Shown: piece by piece, positions 27,762 through 37,152 of the stretch
Layout: each line of letters begins with the position of its first letter
How positions within the stretch are numbered: position 1 is the stretch's first letter
Virus record (IMG/VR): IMGVR_UViG_3300008267_000028
DNA from: an uncultured virus (IMG/VR IMGVR_UViG_3300008267_000028)
Taxonomy: Duplodnaviria; Heunggongvirae; Uroviricota; Caudoviricetes
DNA: 55,231 nt
Strand: one strand, 5' to 3'
Position numbers and translations under genes: made by a program
The notes under the pieces: model-generated
Told to the model about the DNA's origin: nothing
Database searches by the model: none
Seen by the model: only the letters and a program-made list of their open reading frames with translations

Positions 27762-28186
27762 AGCGTCTCCTTGATCTGGAGGGACAGCCGCTCCATCTCC
27801 GCGATCAGTTCCCGCTGCCGCTCCATGAGAGCCAACACCTTCTCCTCCTTGGTCGGCTCGGGCGGCTTAGGCGGGGGCGGCGGCTCCACCTTGACCCACA
27901 GGGGAAGCTGCGGCGCTCCAAGGAACAGACCGAGTTCCTCCAGGTAGAACTCGATGATCTCCACGGTCTGGCGTCCGAGATTCTGGATTTTCAGCAACTC
28001 GAACCTTGACATCTTAGCAAGGTCGGCAAGTGTCTTGATGGCCCGACGGTCAAACACCCCCTGTGCGCGGTTGCCGAACGGCACCACATGAACGGGCGTC
28101 TCCAGCAACTTCTCTCGCGGCAACGCCTTCAAGTGAGCAAATAGAGGCTTGTCCTTGGTGTAAATCTTCATCGCTCTAGCGGCCAT
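27758..28186 (-). CDS. RNA polymerase alpha-subunit CTD-like protein
   Basis: NRAQGVF..AIKTLADL...ELLKIQNLGRQTVEII; GGAGGT RBS. Confidence 0.82.
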   Translation of the reverse strand: MAARAMKIYTKDKPLFAHLKALPREKLLETPVHVVPFGNRAQGVFDRRAIKTLADLAKMSRFELLKIQNLGRQTVEIIEFYLEELGLFLGAPQLPLWVKVEPPPPPKPPEPTKEEKVLALMERQRELIAEMERLSLQIKETL

Positions 28187-28228
28187 GTGTACCTCCTGCG
28201 CCGCTATCAGAGCGGCAGCATGGGGTAA

Positions 28229-28258
28229 CAGGTAACACAGCGTAAGAGCAACTGTCAA
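28229..28258 (-). promoter_or_regulatory. sigma70-like promoter TTGACA-N18-TACCTG
   Basis: Perfect -35, intergenic, upstream of the alpha-CTD gene. Confidence 0.45.
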
Positions 28259-28268
28259 GCGTTGTCGA

Positions 28269-28577
28269 TCAATCTTTTGACAAATCCACACTGGCCCGCT
28301 GGATGGCGGCTTCCAGCGAGGCGGGCAGGGCGTCATCGTCGAGGAAGTCATCGACGTCGAAGGCAGACCGCATGAGGCGTGAGAAGGCGTCATCGGAGTC
28401 CCGCCAGCCGTCGATGAAGTGCCGCAGGGCAGCGGTCACTTGATCCTGCTCCTCTTGCGTGCGGGCACGACGGTACATGGCCTCGAAGCGGGCCACCTCG
28501 TCGGGTTTCATGTTGGTGGTGAGTCCTCGGAACCGAAGGACGTCGATGAGCAGGTTCTTCCGCTTCCGCTTGTTCAT
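28269..28577 (-). CDS. hypothetical protein
   Basis: Class II motif 6 nt upstream. Confidence 0.75.
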   Translation of the reverse strand: MNKRKRKNLLIDVLRFRGLTTNMKPDEVARFEAMYRRARTQEEQDQVTAALRHFIDGWRDSDDAFSRLMRSAFDVDDFLDDDALPASLEAAIQRASVDLSKD

Positions 28578-28583
28578 ACCCCC

Positions 28584-28593
28584 CTCTTACACC
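28584..28593 (-). promoter_or_regulatory. class II promoter GGTGTAAGAG
   Basis: 6 nt before ATG. Confidence 0.7.
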
Positions 28594-28808
28594 GGGGCAG
28601 GTAGCGACTCGGGCGTTTCTTCGGAGCCGTCCAGCCGATTGACCTCCTCGACCACACAGCCCTGCTGGGCAAGCCACTCCATGAAAGCGGGGGCTTCCTC
28701 GTCGGTGAGTGTCGTGGTGAAGAGGTTGACGCCTGGGAATAGAACGAGCCGTTGGTCGGGCATCGCCACTTCCTCGTTCGTGCGAACAACCATCGAGTAG
28801 TAACCCAT
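28587..28808 (-). CDS. hypothetical protein
   Basis: 73 aa, fills gap between genes. Confidence 0.65.
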   Translation of the reverse strand: MGYYSMVVRTNEEVAMPDQRLVLFPGVNLFTTTLTDEEAPAFMEWLAQQGCVVEEVNRLDGSEETPESLPAPV

Positions 28809-28819
28809 GCCCTGCACCC

Positions 28820-29956
28820 CTAGTCGAGAACAGTGACGGTCGCTTCTCGGGGAAGCCGTAGTCCGACGGCCTTCGACCAATCCACCCACAGCGTGTACTC
28901 GACAGAGGCCACAACCTCCCAGCGATCTAGTACCTCTCGGGAAGCCACCCGATAGGTGTCGGAGTGGACTTCCAAGACGCCTACGCTGCCCCGCAGGCCC
29001 ACGGCAAGGTCACCATCGAGCGCGAGGTACGGCCAATCCTGCCGCCGACACTCCTCGACGACGGCTGCGGGGCCAGCCCAGAAGGTCGCCTCGTCAATGT
29101 CCTCGGGAGTCACTTCGTCGATGTCTCGGATGTCGGGACACGCAAGCGCCAGCGTGCGAGCCATCTCGATGACCCATTGGGTGCCGATCACGCTCTGCTG
29201 GTGGGTCAGCACGTCGAACCGCAGGTTGAGGCTCTTGAAGTCTGCCAACCCCATGCTGGTCCGCACAAAGGCCGTCGCCCTCGGCAACGGTGTCGCCCAC
29301 GAGGGCGGGCCATCCTCCAGCGTGAAGCCGCCAGTACCGTCGGCGTCGAAAGCGTCCAAGAAGTCTCGGGCGTTACCCTTCACACCGGCCAGCAGTTGGT
29401 CGGCGTTCGCCCGTAGGCGCTCCACGATGCCCTTGCGGCCCTCGTGGGTGATAACCTTTGCCATCGACGTTTGAGCCTGCGTGGCCGTCAGCGTAGCCAA
29501 CGCATCGCTCTCGCGGGAGCGGTCAAACGTCCATTGAAGCAGGAAGCCTTCGAGGTCGGGCCTCAGACGGGGAAGCGGCTTGACGAGCGTGCCGTCCTCC
29601 CGCTTCACGGGGGCCGGTTGCCAAACGTCCTCCTCGGTGATGCGAGCCAGCACCTTGCCTGTCTCACGGCTCACCAGCAGGATGCCCTCTCCGTCCTGTA
29701 GGAACTCGTCCGACAGGTAGAGGGCGGCCTCCCGCAACTCGGCGGCCTCACCTTCCAGTTGCTCTTGGAAGGTCGGACAGAGGGCGTCGGCAAGTTTGTC
29801 AGCCGACCAGCCTTCGGCCTTCGCGGTCAGGAAGGCTGCCTGTAGGGAAGCATCCCGCTGCACGAGGCCACGGGCTGCCAAAAGAGAACCCGAGGCGGGA
29901 CGCGCCAGCGTCCTCACCTCGGAGGCCAAACGGGTCAGAGCGTTTTCAGTCGTCAT
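28820..29956 (-). CDS. hypothetical protein (possible divergent capsid-fold paralog)
   Basis: About 378-aa ORF overlapping the AAA gene end; fold suggestion is weak. Confidence 0.6.
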   Translation of the reverse strand: MTTENALTRLASEVRTLARPASGSLLAARGLVQRDASLQAAFLTAKAEGWSADKLADALCPTFQEQLEGEAAELREAALYLSDEFLQDGEGILLVSRETGKVLARITEEDVWQPAPVKREDGTLVKPLPRLRPDLEGFLLQWTFDRSRESDALATLTATQAQTSMAKVITHEGRKGIVERLRANADQLLAGVKGNARDFLDAFDADGTGGFTLEDGPPSWATPLPRATAFVRTSMGLADFKSLNLRFDVLTHQQSVIGTQWVIEMARTLALACPDIRDIDEVTPEDIDEATFWAGPAAVVEECRRQDWPYLALDGDLAVGLRGSVGVLEVHSDTYRVASREVLDRWEVVASVEYTLWVDWSKAVGLRLPREATVTVLD

Positions 29957-31526
29957 TGGCAATCAGTTTGAGTGCGCCTGTCTTACGGTCAGGGGCCGAT
30001 GCGAACTTCGCACGGATGCCGTCATTGGCATCCTCATCATAGCCCACCCACTCCAGAATCTCACGAACGTCGTCTGTCATGGTGCGGATAATGCGGGGCT
30101 TGTAGGCCAACTCGGTAGCCAACACTTCCTCGTCGAGCGACGGCTTGCCTTGGTCGAAAGACTCGATCATGGCGGCCCCGATAGCCTGCTCCATCTCGCG
30201 CCCCACCATGCCACCAGCCTTTTCAGCCAGCAAGGCCAGATTGAAGTCCTCGACGTTCTGCCCCGCCTTTCGCAGGTGAATCTTGAGGATGTCAACCCGA
30301 TCTTCTTCGGCAGGCATATCGAAGAAGAACCGCTCGTCCATGCGGTTCACGAACTCGATGGGCAGGGTCTTGAGGGAGTTCGCGGTCATGGCGAGACAGA
30401 CCGGCGCATCCGTCTCCTGCAACCACGTTGACAGGATGCCGATGGTGCGGCTTGTCGTGCCAGCATCCGACTGCGCGGACGACGCCCCACCCGACAGCGA
30501 CTTCTCGGCCTCGTCAATCCACACGATGCAGGGAGCCGCCGCCTCGATCATGCGGGTCACTCGGTAGATGTTGGCCTCGGACTCACCGACGCCACTCGAC
30601 CGCAACTTGCCCATCTCGACCTGCACGACAGGCAAGCCCCAAGCGTGGCCCATCGCCTTGACGGACAGGCTCTTACCACAACCCCACACGCCAGCCAGCA
30701 ACACACCCTTGGGAGGACGCAGGCCGAACTTCTGCCCCTGCTCCGTCCATGCTGCCCGCGTCTTACGCGCCCACGCCTTGAAGCGTCCCGCACCACCAAC
30801 GTCGTCGAAGTTGAACGCCGAGGTGTCGATGTACTGCACGAGGTCCGACTTGCGGAGTTGCTTCTGGCGGTAGTCCGAGACGATCTTGGGGTCGATGCGG
30901 CGAGGGTTCTTGGCATCCTTCTTGGTAGCGATGATGCTCTGCGAGATCGCCATTTTGATCTCGTAGGAGGTCATGCCCTTGAACACCTTGGGAGTGTTGT
31001 CGGGAACGGGCGTGTGGAGTTGACGGGCCGCATCCTCCACGATGGCGAGAATCTCCTCGCTGGTCAGCCCCTTGTCCTGCACGACATCAATGTAGCGGGA
31101 CAGCTTCTCGGGAATGACTCGCCGCGAGCCGACGAAAATGACGATCTTGACGACCGTGTTATCCTGGTGCAACTGGTGGGCGATGTTGAGGAACCGCCGC
31201 TGAACGTGCGGGTCCACCAGCCAACGCTCGGGGTCCGTCACGACGTAGATGTTCTGCTCACGCTTGGGATCATCCCGATACATCTGGATGAGAGCCTGAT
31301 GGATGCCCAGCGTGTTGGGGTCCTCCGTGTGGGTCCGCTGCTTCCAATCGTTCACGAGATTGTCGAGCGGCACCAACCCCATCGCAGCGTTGTAAACCCA
31401 CGTCCGCTTCGAGAAGTCCTTGAGGGTCTGCTGTAGGTTGACAAGGAAGCGGTCCTCCTCGTCGGTCACGAAGTAGATGAAGCGGGCCAGACTGCGAAGG
31501 TGGAATGTCAACTCTGGGTTCGTCAT
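29946..31526 (-). CDS. AAA+ ATPase, Ycf46-like
   Basis: Inactive N-domain; PKGVLLAGVWGCGKS, VGESE, WIDEAEK. Confidence 0.88.
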   Translation of the reverse strand: MTNPELTFHLRSLARFIYFVTDEEDRFLVNLQQTLKDFSKRTWVYNAAMGLVPLDNLVNDWKQRTHTEDPNTLGIHQALIQMYRDDPKREQNIYVVTDPERWLVDPHVQRRFLNIAHQLHQDNTVVKIVIFVGSRRVIPEKLSRYIDVVQDKGLTSEEILAIVEDAARQLHTPVPDNTPKVFKGMTSYEIKMAISQSIIATKKDAKNPRRIDPKIVSDYRQKQLRKSDLVQYIDTSAFNFDDVGGAGRFKAWARKTRAAWTEQGQKFGLRPPKGVLLAGVWGCGKSLSVKAMGHAWGLPVVQVEMGKLRSSGVGESEANIYRVTRMIEAAAPCIVWIDEAEKSLSGGASSAQSDAGTTSRTIGILSTWLQETDAPVCLAMTANSLKTLPIEFVNRMDERFFFDMPAEEDRVDILKIHLRKAGQNVEDFNLALLAEKAGGMVGREMEQAIGAAMIESFDQGKPSLDEEVLATELAYKPRIIRTMTDDVREILEWVGYDEDANDGIRAKFASAPDRKTGALKLIANDD

Positions 31527-31532
31527 AATCCC

Positions 31533-31542
31533 CTCTTACACC
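31533..31542 (-). promoter_or_regulatory. class II promoter GGTGTAAGAG
   Basis: 6 nt before ATG, right after a terminator. Confidence 0.7.
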
Positions 31543-31548
31543 GACTCG

Positions 31549-31582
31549 AAAAGAAACGGCCCACCTTTTTAGGGTGGGCCGT
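31549..31582 (-). terminator. intrinsic terminator
   Basis: ACGGCCCACC...GGTGGGCCGT then TTCTTTT. Confidence 0.8.
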
Positions 31583-31607
31583 CACGCCGCAAACGTGTTG
31601 CGAGGGA

Positions 31608-31934
31608 CTAGCCCACCGCAATAATCATCTCGACCTCGCCATCGCGGTTCATCTGGCGAGACTCGATCATGATGCCCTGACGGGCGCACTCCAACTTGTA
31701 CTTGGCCTCTCCGTAGTGCATACGGAACAGACCCAGCTTGTCGGTGGTGTGGCCGTAGTCGGTGTCGCCTGTGATGTCACCCGTCTTGAGGTTGAGGGTG
31801 GCGTTCTTCATGGTCCCGCTCGTGAAGCGGAGTCCGTTGACATCCTCGACGAACGAGATGCCAGCGGCGGTTGCAGCCTGCTTGGCGAGCGCCAAGTCCT
31901 TGATCTCGGTCTGCGTGGTAACTCGGTGGGACAT
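31608..31934 (-). CDS. DUF1257 (Ycf35)-like protein
   Basis: MSHxxTxQTEIKD N-terminus, ARQG...DGEVEM C-terminus; context. Confidence 0.7.
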   Translation of the reverse strand: MSHRVTTQTEIKDLALAKQAATAAGISFVEDVNGLRFTSGTMKNATLNLKTGDITGDTDYGHTTDKLGLFRMHYGEAKYKLECARQGIMIESRQMNRDGEVEMIIAVG

Positions 31935-31953
31935 AGTGTGTTCCTCTCTGAGC

Positions 31954-32136
31954 CTAGCGGCCCTGGGTTTCGTGAACGGTGTCGCACTCGGGTCCAATCT
32001 CCTCGTCGGAAAGCTGCTTGCCGACTGCGTTGGTGACCCGGTAAATCTCGCTGCAAAGGTGCGAACCACGGTCCAGCACCTCCGTGACAACCTTACCGTC
32101 CTTCTTGATAACAACCTTGACTCGCATCGCGGGCAT
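31954..32136 (-). CDS. DUF2997-like protein
   Basis: VVIKKDGKVVTEV...C; GAGGAGG RBS; context. Confidence 0.65.
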   Translation of the reverse strand: MPAMRVKVVIKKDGKVVTEVLDRGSHLCSEIYRVTNAVGKQLSDEEIGPECDTVHETQGR

Positions 32137-32154
32137 CGTGTCCTCCTCTACCCC

Positions 32155-32164
32155 TTCATACACC
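32155..32164 (-). promoter_or_regulatory. class II promoter variant GGTGTATGAA
   Basis: A second perfect copy lies at 32257-32266 inside the upstream CDS. Confidence 0.55.
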
Positions 32165-32776
32165 AGAACCCTTGAACTTCACTCGCCCGCCAACCGGGAC
32201 GACGTTTGTGGCTGGCTCTGGTGCCGCCCACGCATCTCGTGGCGGTGTCTGATCCCCTCTTACACCGGCCAACATCCGGCCCCCTTGAAAAGGTGAGTTG
32301 ATAGGGAAAGATTCTGGTCGCACGGCTGGCTCCCTCGCCACAACAGGCTCGACGGGCTGCGTCGGAGGAACCTCGACGGGCGCAGGGGTGACAACAGGCT
32401 CCGCTGCGATAGGCCTGGTCACAACGGGCGGTCGCCGTACCTCTGCGACAGGCTCGGCCCGCACGGGTGCCTCGATGACCGGCGTGGCATCGGGGTCAAC
32501 CCACGATCTGATGTCGGGCGGCCTGCTGGCATCGAGGGACAGGAACTTCTTGCCCGCGATGATCTTGAAAAGGGGGTCGGCAGGGTCCATGCGAGGAGTG
32601 TTCTTGAAAAGCCGGTCCTCCCATGTGTTGACCCGCATATCAAACCGACTCTGGCCGAACAGGCTACGAGTACAGTCGGGGTTGATGCACCGCTTGCACC
32701 ACCCCTCTTGAAAGGTCGCCAACGGCTCCCCAGCGGTGTTGCACTCGGACAGTTGATCTCGTCGCGGGACCGTCAT
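32156..32776 (-). CDS. hypothetical protein (Cys N-domain, Pro-rich tail)
   Basis: GAGAGGGG RBS and ATGA overlap with the shifted polymerase tail; appears fused to the polymerase in the ORF track. Confidence 0.7.
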   Translation of the reverse strand: MTVPRRDQLSECNTAGEPLATFQEGWCKRCINPDCTRSLFGQSRFDMRVNTWEDRLFKNTPRMDPADPLFKIIAGKKFLSLDASRPPDIRSWVDPDATPVIEAPVRAEPVAEVRRPPVVTRPIAAEPVVTPAPVEVPPTQPVEPVVAREPAVRPESFPINSPFQGGRMLAGVRGDQTPPRDAWAAPEPATNVVPVGGRVKFKGSGV

Positions 32777-35503
32777 GCACCCCTCTCCTCCCCTACCTTG
32801 CCGTCCGATAGGTTCTTCTCCAGTAGTTGCTCTGCGAACCGTCCCGCGTTGACCCGTATCTTGAGGTTGGGGTCGATCAGTACGTTGCCAAACCCGTCGA
32901 TGAGCCGCAGGTAGTGGCCCGTGTCCACCGTCATCCAACGCCCGATGGCCTCCCTGACCTGTGCGACCGAGAGCGCCGTCGTGGTCTTGAGCCGTACCGT
33001 GGCGGTCCTCACCTTCTCGGTACCCTGCTGGGCAGGTGCGGAGGGCGGCGGGGGAGAGGGCGGCCGGTACCTTCTTGTAAACGTACCCGTGAGAGATGAA
33101 ACCACCCTCGGGAGGCTGCTCGCCTTCCTTGGCCCTGTGGCACCCGAACTCGGCACCCCAAGACTCTCCCAGCAGCGGGTCCGTCACCAACGGGACCAGC
33201 CACTTGGGCGAGTAGGGCGGCCTCGCCATGATGGTGGGCTTTTCCATCTCGCGGGTCAACACGGGGATGACCTCGAACACGAGATCATGCCGCACCTCAA
33301 AGACCAACTCATCGTGGACGGTCAGGAGCATCCTGACCGCATCCGCTGCGTCCTTGAGCCAGCCTTGGCGGTACAGTTCCTTGTGGATCAGCACCATGCT
33401 GATCTTCATGATGTCGGCACCGCTACCCTGGATCGGGTAGTTCGTCGCATGACGCTCGCCAGACGCCCGTAGGCTCCGAACGTCCTCCTCGGTCTGGACA
33501 ATCTTGCCCCATGAGTCCTTCTGGCCCTTCTGGAGGTTGGCGTCGGGAATCGCAATCCATCGCCCGAACGCCGTCCACACCCCAAGGTCACGCTTGACCT
33601 TCTCGTGCTGACCTTTGACCCAGTTGGCGAACGTGGACACGGCCTTGTCGAACGCCTGCTTGCGCCGCTGGGCCTCCAGCCGGTTGCAGCCGGTCGCCCG
33701 CATGATGGAGGCGGGGCCGCCGCCGTACACAAGGGCGAAGTTCGCCACCTTGCCCATCTTGCGTTCGTCCTTGGTGACCTCCTTCTTGTTGAAGAACGCC
33801 CTCGCCGTGATGCTGTGGAGGTCGCCGTCGCCGTTCTGGAACTCCTTGATCCAGACAGGCTCGTTGGAGAGGTTCGTGACGATACGGAGTTCCTCGGCGG
33901 CGTAGTCGCACTTGACCATCGTGTATCCCGGCCGGGCCACGAAACTCGTGCGGACGTCCGAGGTGCCAGGGATGCCGTGGATCGGGATGCCGCTGAACCC
34001 GTCCTCCGCGTTGCCTGCGGGGGCCGAGAAACGTCCCGTCGCTGCACCCGTCTGTTTGAACGAGAACCGCAGTTCATCGTTACGGTCAGGGTTCGCGGAC
34101 AGGCTCTCCAGATAGGTACCCAGCATCTTATCTTCTTCGCGGTACCCGTCCACCCACTCCAGCACCTCGGGGGCGTTGACGCCCAACTCCTCCCTGATGG
34201 CCTTGAGGCTCTCGTAGTCCGTCTTGTACTGCTGGGACTTCTCGTTCAAGGGAGGCTTGGGGTTGATGTTCAACCCCCGCTCGCCAAAGAGGAACTCGCC
34301 AAGTTGCTTGGTGGAGCCAGGCTCGAACGCCTCAAAGCCCTTGGAGGTCGCCAATGCAACGATCTTGTCGCGGTACTCCTGCCACTTGGCCCTGTGGGCG
34401 TTCCGCAGCCCCTCCAGACGGCTCCGATCCACCCTGACCTTGTTACGCTCCATGACGCGGACGACCTGCGTGACCTGCTTCTCCAGCCGGTAGATGAACT
34501 TTCGACCCGTCGGGTCCCTGTCGATGACAGGCAGGAGGTCGGGTCTGGCACACAGGAGCCGCGTACAGATGGCGTCGGAGCCAGCGTACTTGACGACACC
34601 TGGCTCGTCAGGGGAGAGGCTCGGGAAACTGATCTTCCGCGATGTCGGGAACAGTTCCTTGAGCTTTATCATCTCGTAGGGCGACCCGTCGGGGGCGCGT
34701 AGCAACTGTGCGGCCTTGTCCTTGAGGGACAGGTTGTGGTCGCCCGAGTACAACGTGAAGTAGGCGAGCATCCCGTCCTCGAAGGAGTCGGGGTGCCAGA
34801 AGTCAATGCCCGTCACAGGGTACAGGAACTCTTGGTCGAACTTGGCGTGCCAGAAGTCGATCACCACCCTCGGGGGCGTCTCGAAGTCCTTGAAGGCCAG
34901 CGGGTCTGTCTGGCCGGGCTTGGGGGTCGGCTGCGCTGCCCGACAGAGCCGTGTGATGGCGGCCTCGACACGCTCGACGGGTTTCACATTGAGGTCAGGG
35001 CCACCGTCCAGCGCCTTGTGTCGGACGGGGATGTAGTAACCCGTCTTGGCCTCACCGACCGCGATACAGAAGCCGACGATCTGATGGTGGGTGCGGGGCC
35101 GTCCCTGTGCGTCCCACTCGATGCGGTTGTCCAGCCCTTCCGTCTCAAGGTCCAGCGAACACTTGCCGTTCGCCAACGCCTCATCGACGATACGCTCAAC
35201 CTCGTCCGAGGTACGCACCAGCACGAACTCGTGGTACTTCATCCACGGCTTCGTGATGTCGGGCACCTCCCGCTCGGCCTTGATGCCGGTGGCACTCAGG
35301 AACGATTCGAGATCGTCGCCCTCGTCCTCATCCACCTTGAAAAGGCTGGTCTGTTTCGTTGTCTCGGAGGCGACAGCTTCCCGCAACTCGGACACGAGGT
35401 CCAAGTCATCGGGTTCCTCGGCGGGTGGGGTGGGTACCTTCGCGGGTGCGGCTTCCTCGTCCAACAGGGCTGCGATGTCATCCAAATCGTCGATTTCAGT
35501 CAT
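32773..35503 (-). CDS. polA: DNA polymerase family A (3'-5' exo + pol), apparent frameshift near 33070
   Basis: DLETEG, HAKFD, YAGSD; DYAAEELR, K..NFALVYG, VHDE; C-terminus lies in the frame ending at 32773. Confidence 0.9.
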
Positions 35504-35505
35504 GG

Positions 35506-35922
35506 TTACGGCTCCTCCACGATCACCACATACACCGACTCCCGCCACAGCCGGATGAGTTCCTGCCCGATTTCTGGAGGCACCCCGACGGGTTCAAAAC
35601 AGGTAGGCATCTTGGGGGCTTTCGGGATGCAGTCGGCCTTACGGTAGAAAATGCACTTGCCCGACAACGCGCATTGGCGCGAGTCGGGCGACAGTCGGTG
35701 CAGGATGAGTTGTGGGGATGGCCCCAGAGCCTTTACGAGCGGACTCGTCCAGCCATGCAGCGCGTGATCGACCATCTCCTTGGTGGTGACCAGCAGGTAC
35801 TCGGCGTAGCGGCTGGTCCTCAGAGGCTCCCAAGCGGCTTCCCAGACGCCAGCCTTGCTGCGAACCAGCATGAGGTGGAGGTCGCCCATCTCACGGGTCT
35901 GGAGTTTGATCTGTCGAGCCAT
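35506..35922 (-). CDS. hypothetical Cys-cluster protein
   Basis: TGATG coupling; C-x4-C-x6-C-x8-C. Confidence 0.7.
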   Translation of the reverse strand: MARQIKLQTREMGDLHLMLVRSKAGVWEAAWEPLRTSRYAEYLLVTTKEMVDHALHGWTSPLVKALGPSPQLILHRLSPDSRQCALSGKCIFYRKADCIPKAPKMPTCFEPVGVPPEIGQELIRLWRESVYVVIVEEP

Positions 35923-36851
35923 CAGTCTTGCTCGTCGTCGTCGCCGTAGCCCTCCTCAACGACGGGAGCGGGTCCAACTCGACCCTGCTGACGGTCAGCC
36001 AGCACCATCCCGAAGTTGTTGACCCCCTGCGGGATCACGAGGCCCGCCTTGCGGCGCAGCACGTTGGTACGAAAGGGGCGGTAGTCCACATGGTGGTGCC
36101 ACCGTCGGAACTTCCAGACCACCTCCGCAACGTCGGGGTGCATGGCGGCGAGCATCCTGCTCTTGTTGAGCGTACCCTCGATCTCGTAGAACTCTCGGGT
36201 GTTGCCGCCCGTCATCCGCTGGGTCGCCACCTTCCCACACAGGAAGGCGTTGAACTGCACGGTCACCCACTTGTCCTTCAAAACCCGCAGGGACAGGTCG
36301 GTGTCCTCGTTGTAGCGCCCCCGCCAACGGTACTGGATGTCGTTGCGGATCAGTAGGCACGAGTAGATACGGGTGTTCAGCACATAGGGGGGCAGAGCAT
36401 CGACGGCCTTGGCGAACCCTTGGTAGTTGAAGCCCGCGACCGCGACATTCTCGTACCGTTCCACAAAGTCCTCGGCGGCTCGAAAGACGCTGCCCGTCTC
36501 ACAGACGATGCGGGTGTTGCGGTTCATCCTGTAGAAATGCTCGAAGTTGTCGTCCATCACCCAATGCCACGCGGCCCCCTCCGAGATCGCATGATCCCAA
36601 GCGAAGTTGCGTGCGGGGCCTGGCCCCTTGCTCTTGGTGGTCCCAAGATCATCGAAGGCGTCGTACTCCTCGATGTACCGTGGGGGTAGGATGAGTAGCT
36701 TGTCGGCTCCGACCTCGGCGGCGTACAGGTCGAACTCGGGTTCCTCGACGATGATGCGGTACGGGGTCCGCATCCGATCCAGCGCCTTGCTGGTCAGCCG
36801 CGACTCCCATCGGCCCTTCGACACCACATAGATGGGGTGGCTAGGATTCAT
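35922..36851 (-). CDS. GREB1/TET-associated-type glycosyltransferase (putative DNA modifier)
   Basis: PIYVVSKGR, HWVMDDN, YSCLLI, GRYNEDTDLSLR, GGNT. Confidence 0.8.
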   Translation of the reverse strand: MNPSHPIYVVSKGRWESRLTSKALDRMRTPYRIIVEEPEFDLYAAEVGADKLLILPPRYIEEYDAFDDLGTTKSKGPGPARNFAWDHAISEGAAWHWVMDDNFEHFYRMNRNTRIVCETGSVFRAAEDFVERYENVAVAGFNYQGFAKAVDALPPYVLNTRIYSCLLIRNDIQYRWRGRYNEDTDLSLRVLKDKWVTVQFNAFLCGKVATQRMTGGNTREFYEIEGTLNKSRMLAAMHPDVAEVVWKFRRWHHHVDYRPFRTNVLRRKAGLVIPQGVNNFGMVLADRQQGRVGPAPVVEEGYGDDDEQD

Positions 36852-37152
36852 CGACGTACCGCTTGTCGGTGCCAGGCCCACCCCAATGAGACTTGTAGGG
36901 ATGCCAGATGCTCTTGGTCTTGGCGTTCAACTTCTGGCCGATGCGGGCCGCGAAGTCGTCGAGGTCCTCCTGCGAGTTGAAGCGGACCACGATGGTCGCA
37001 TAGGCCACCTGCTTGTCCTGCACGAACTCGGGCATATTCTGCCACTCACGCCGCCACACAGGCTCGCCCTCGGGGTCACCAAGGCCCGTGGCCTCCAAAA
37101 ACGAGTCAATGTCGTCGCCGTCGTCATCTTCCCAACGCCTGTCCTGACTCAT
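36841..37152 (-). CDS. small acidic protein adjacent to the glycosyltransferase
   Basis: WQNMPEF...VRFNSQEDLDDFA..IGQ...TKSIWHP. Confidence 0.7.
   Translation of the reverse strand: MSQDRRWEDDDGDDIDSFLEATGLGDPEGEPVWRREWQNMPEFVQDKQVAYATIVVRFNSQEDLDDFAARIGQKLNAKTKSIWHPYKSHWGGPGTDKRYVDES

Noticed and set aside
32156..35548. 1130-aa polymerase fusion as annotated
   Set aside because: Linker looks off-frame and the downstream gene has its own RBS and ATGA coupling
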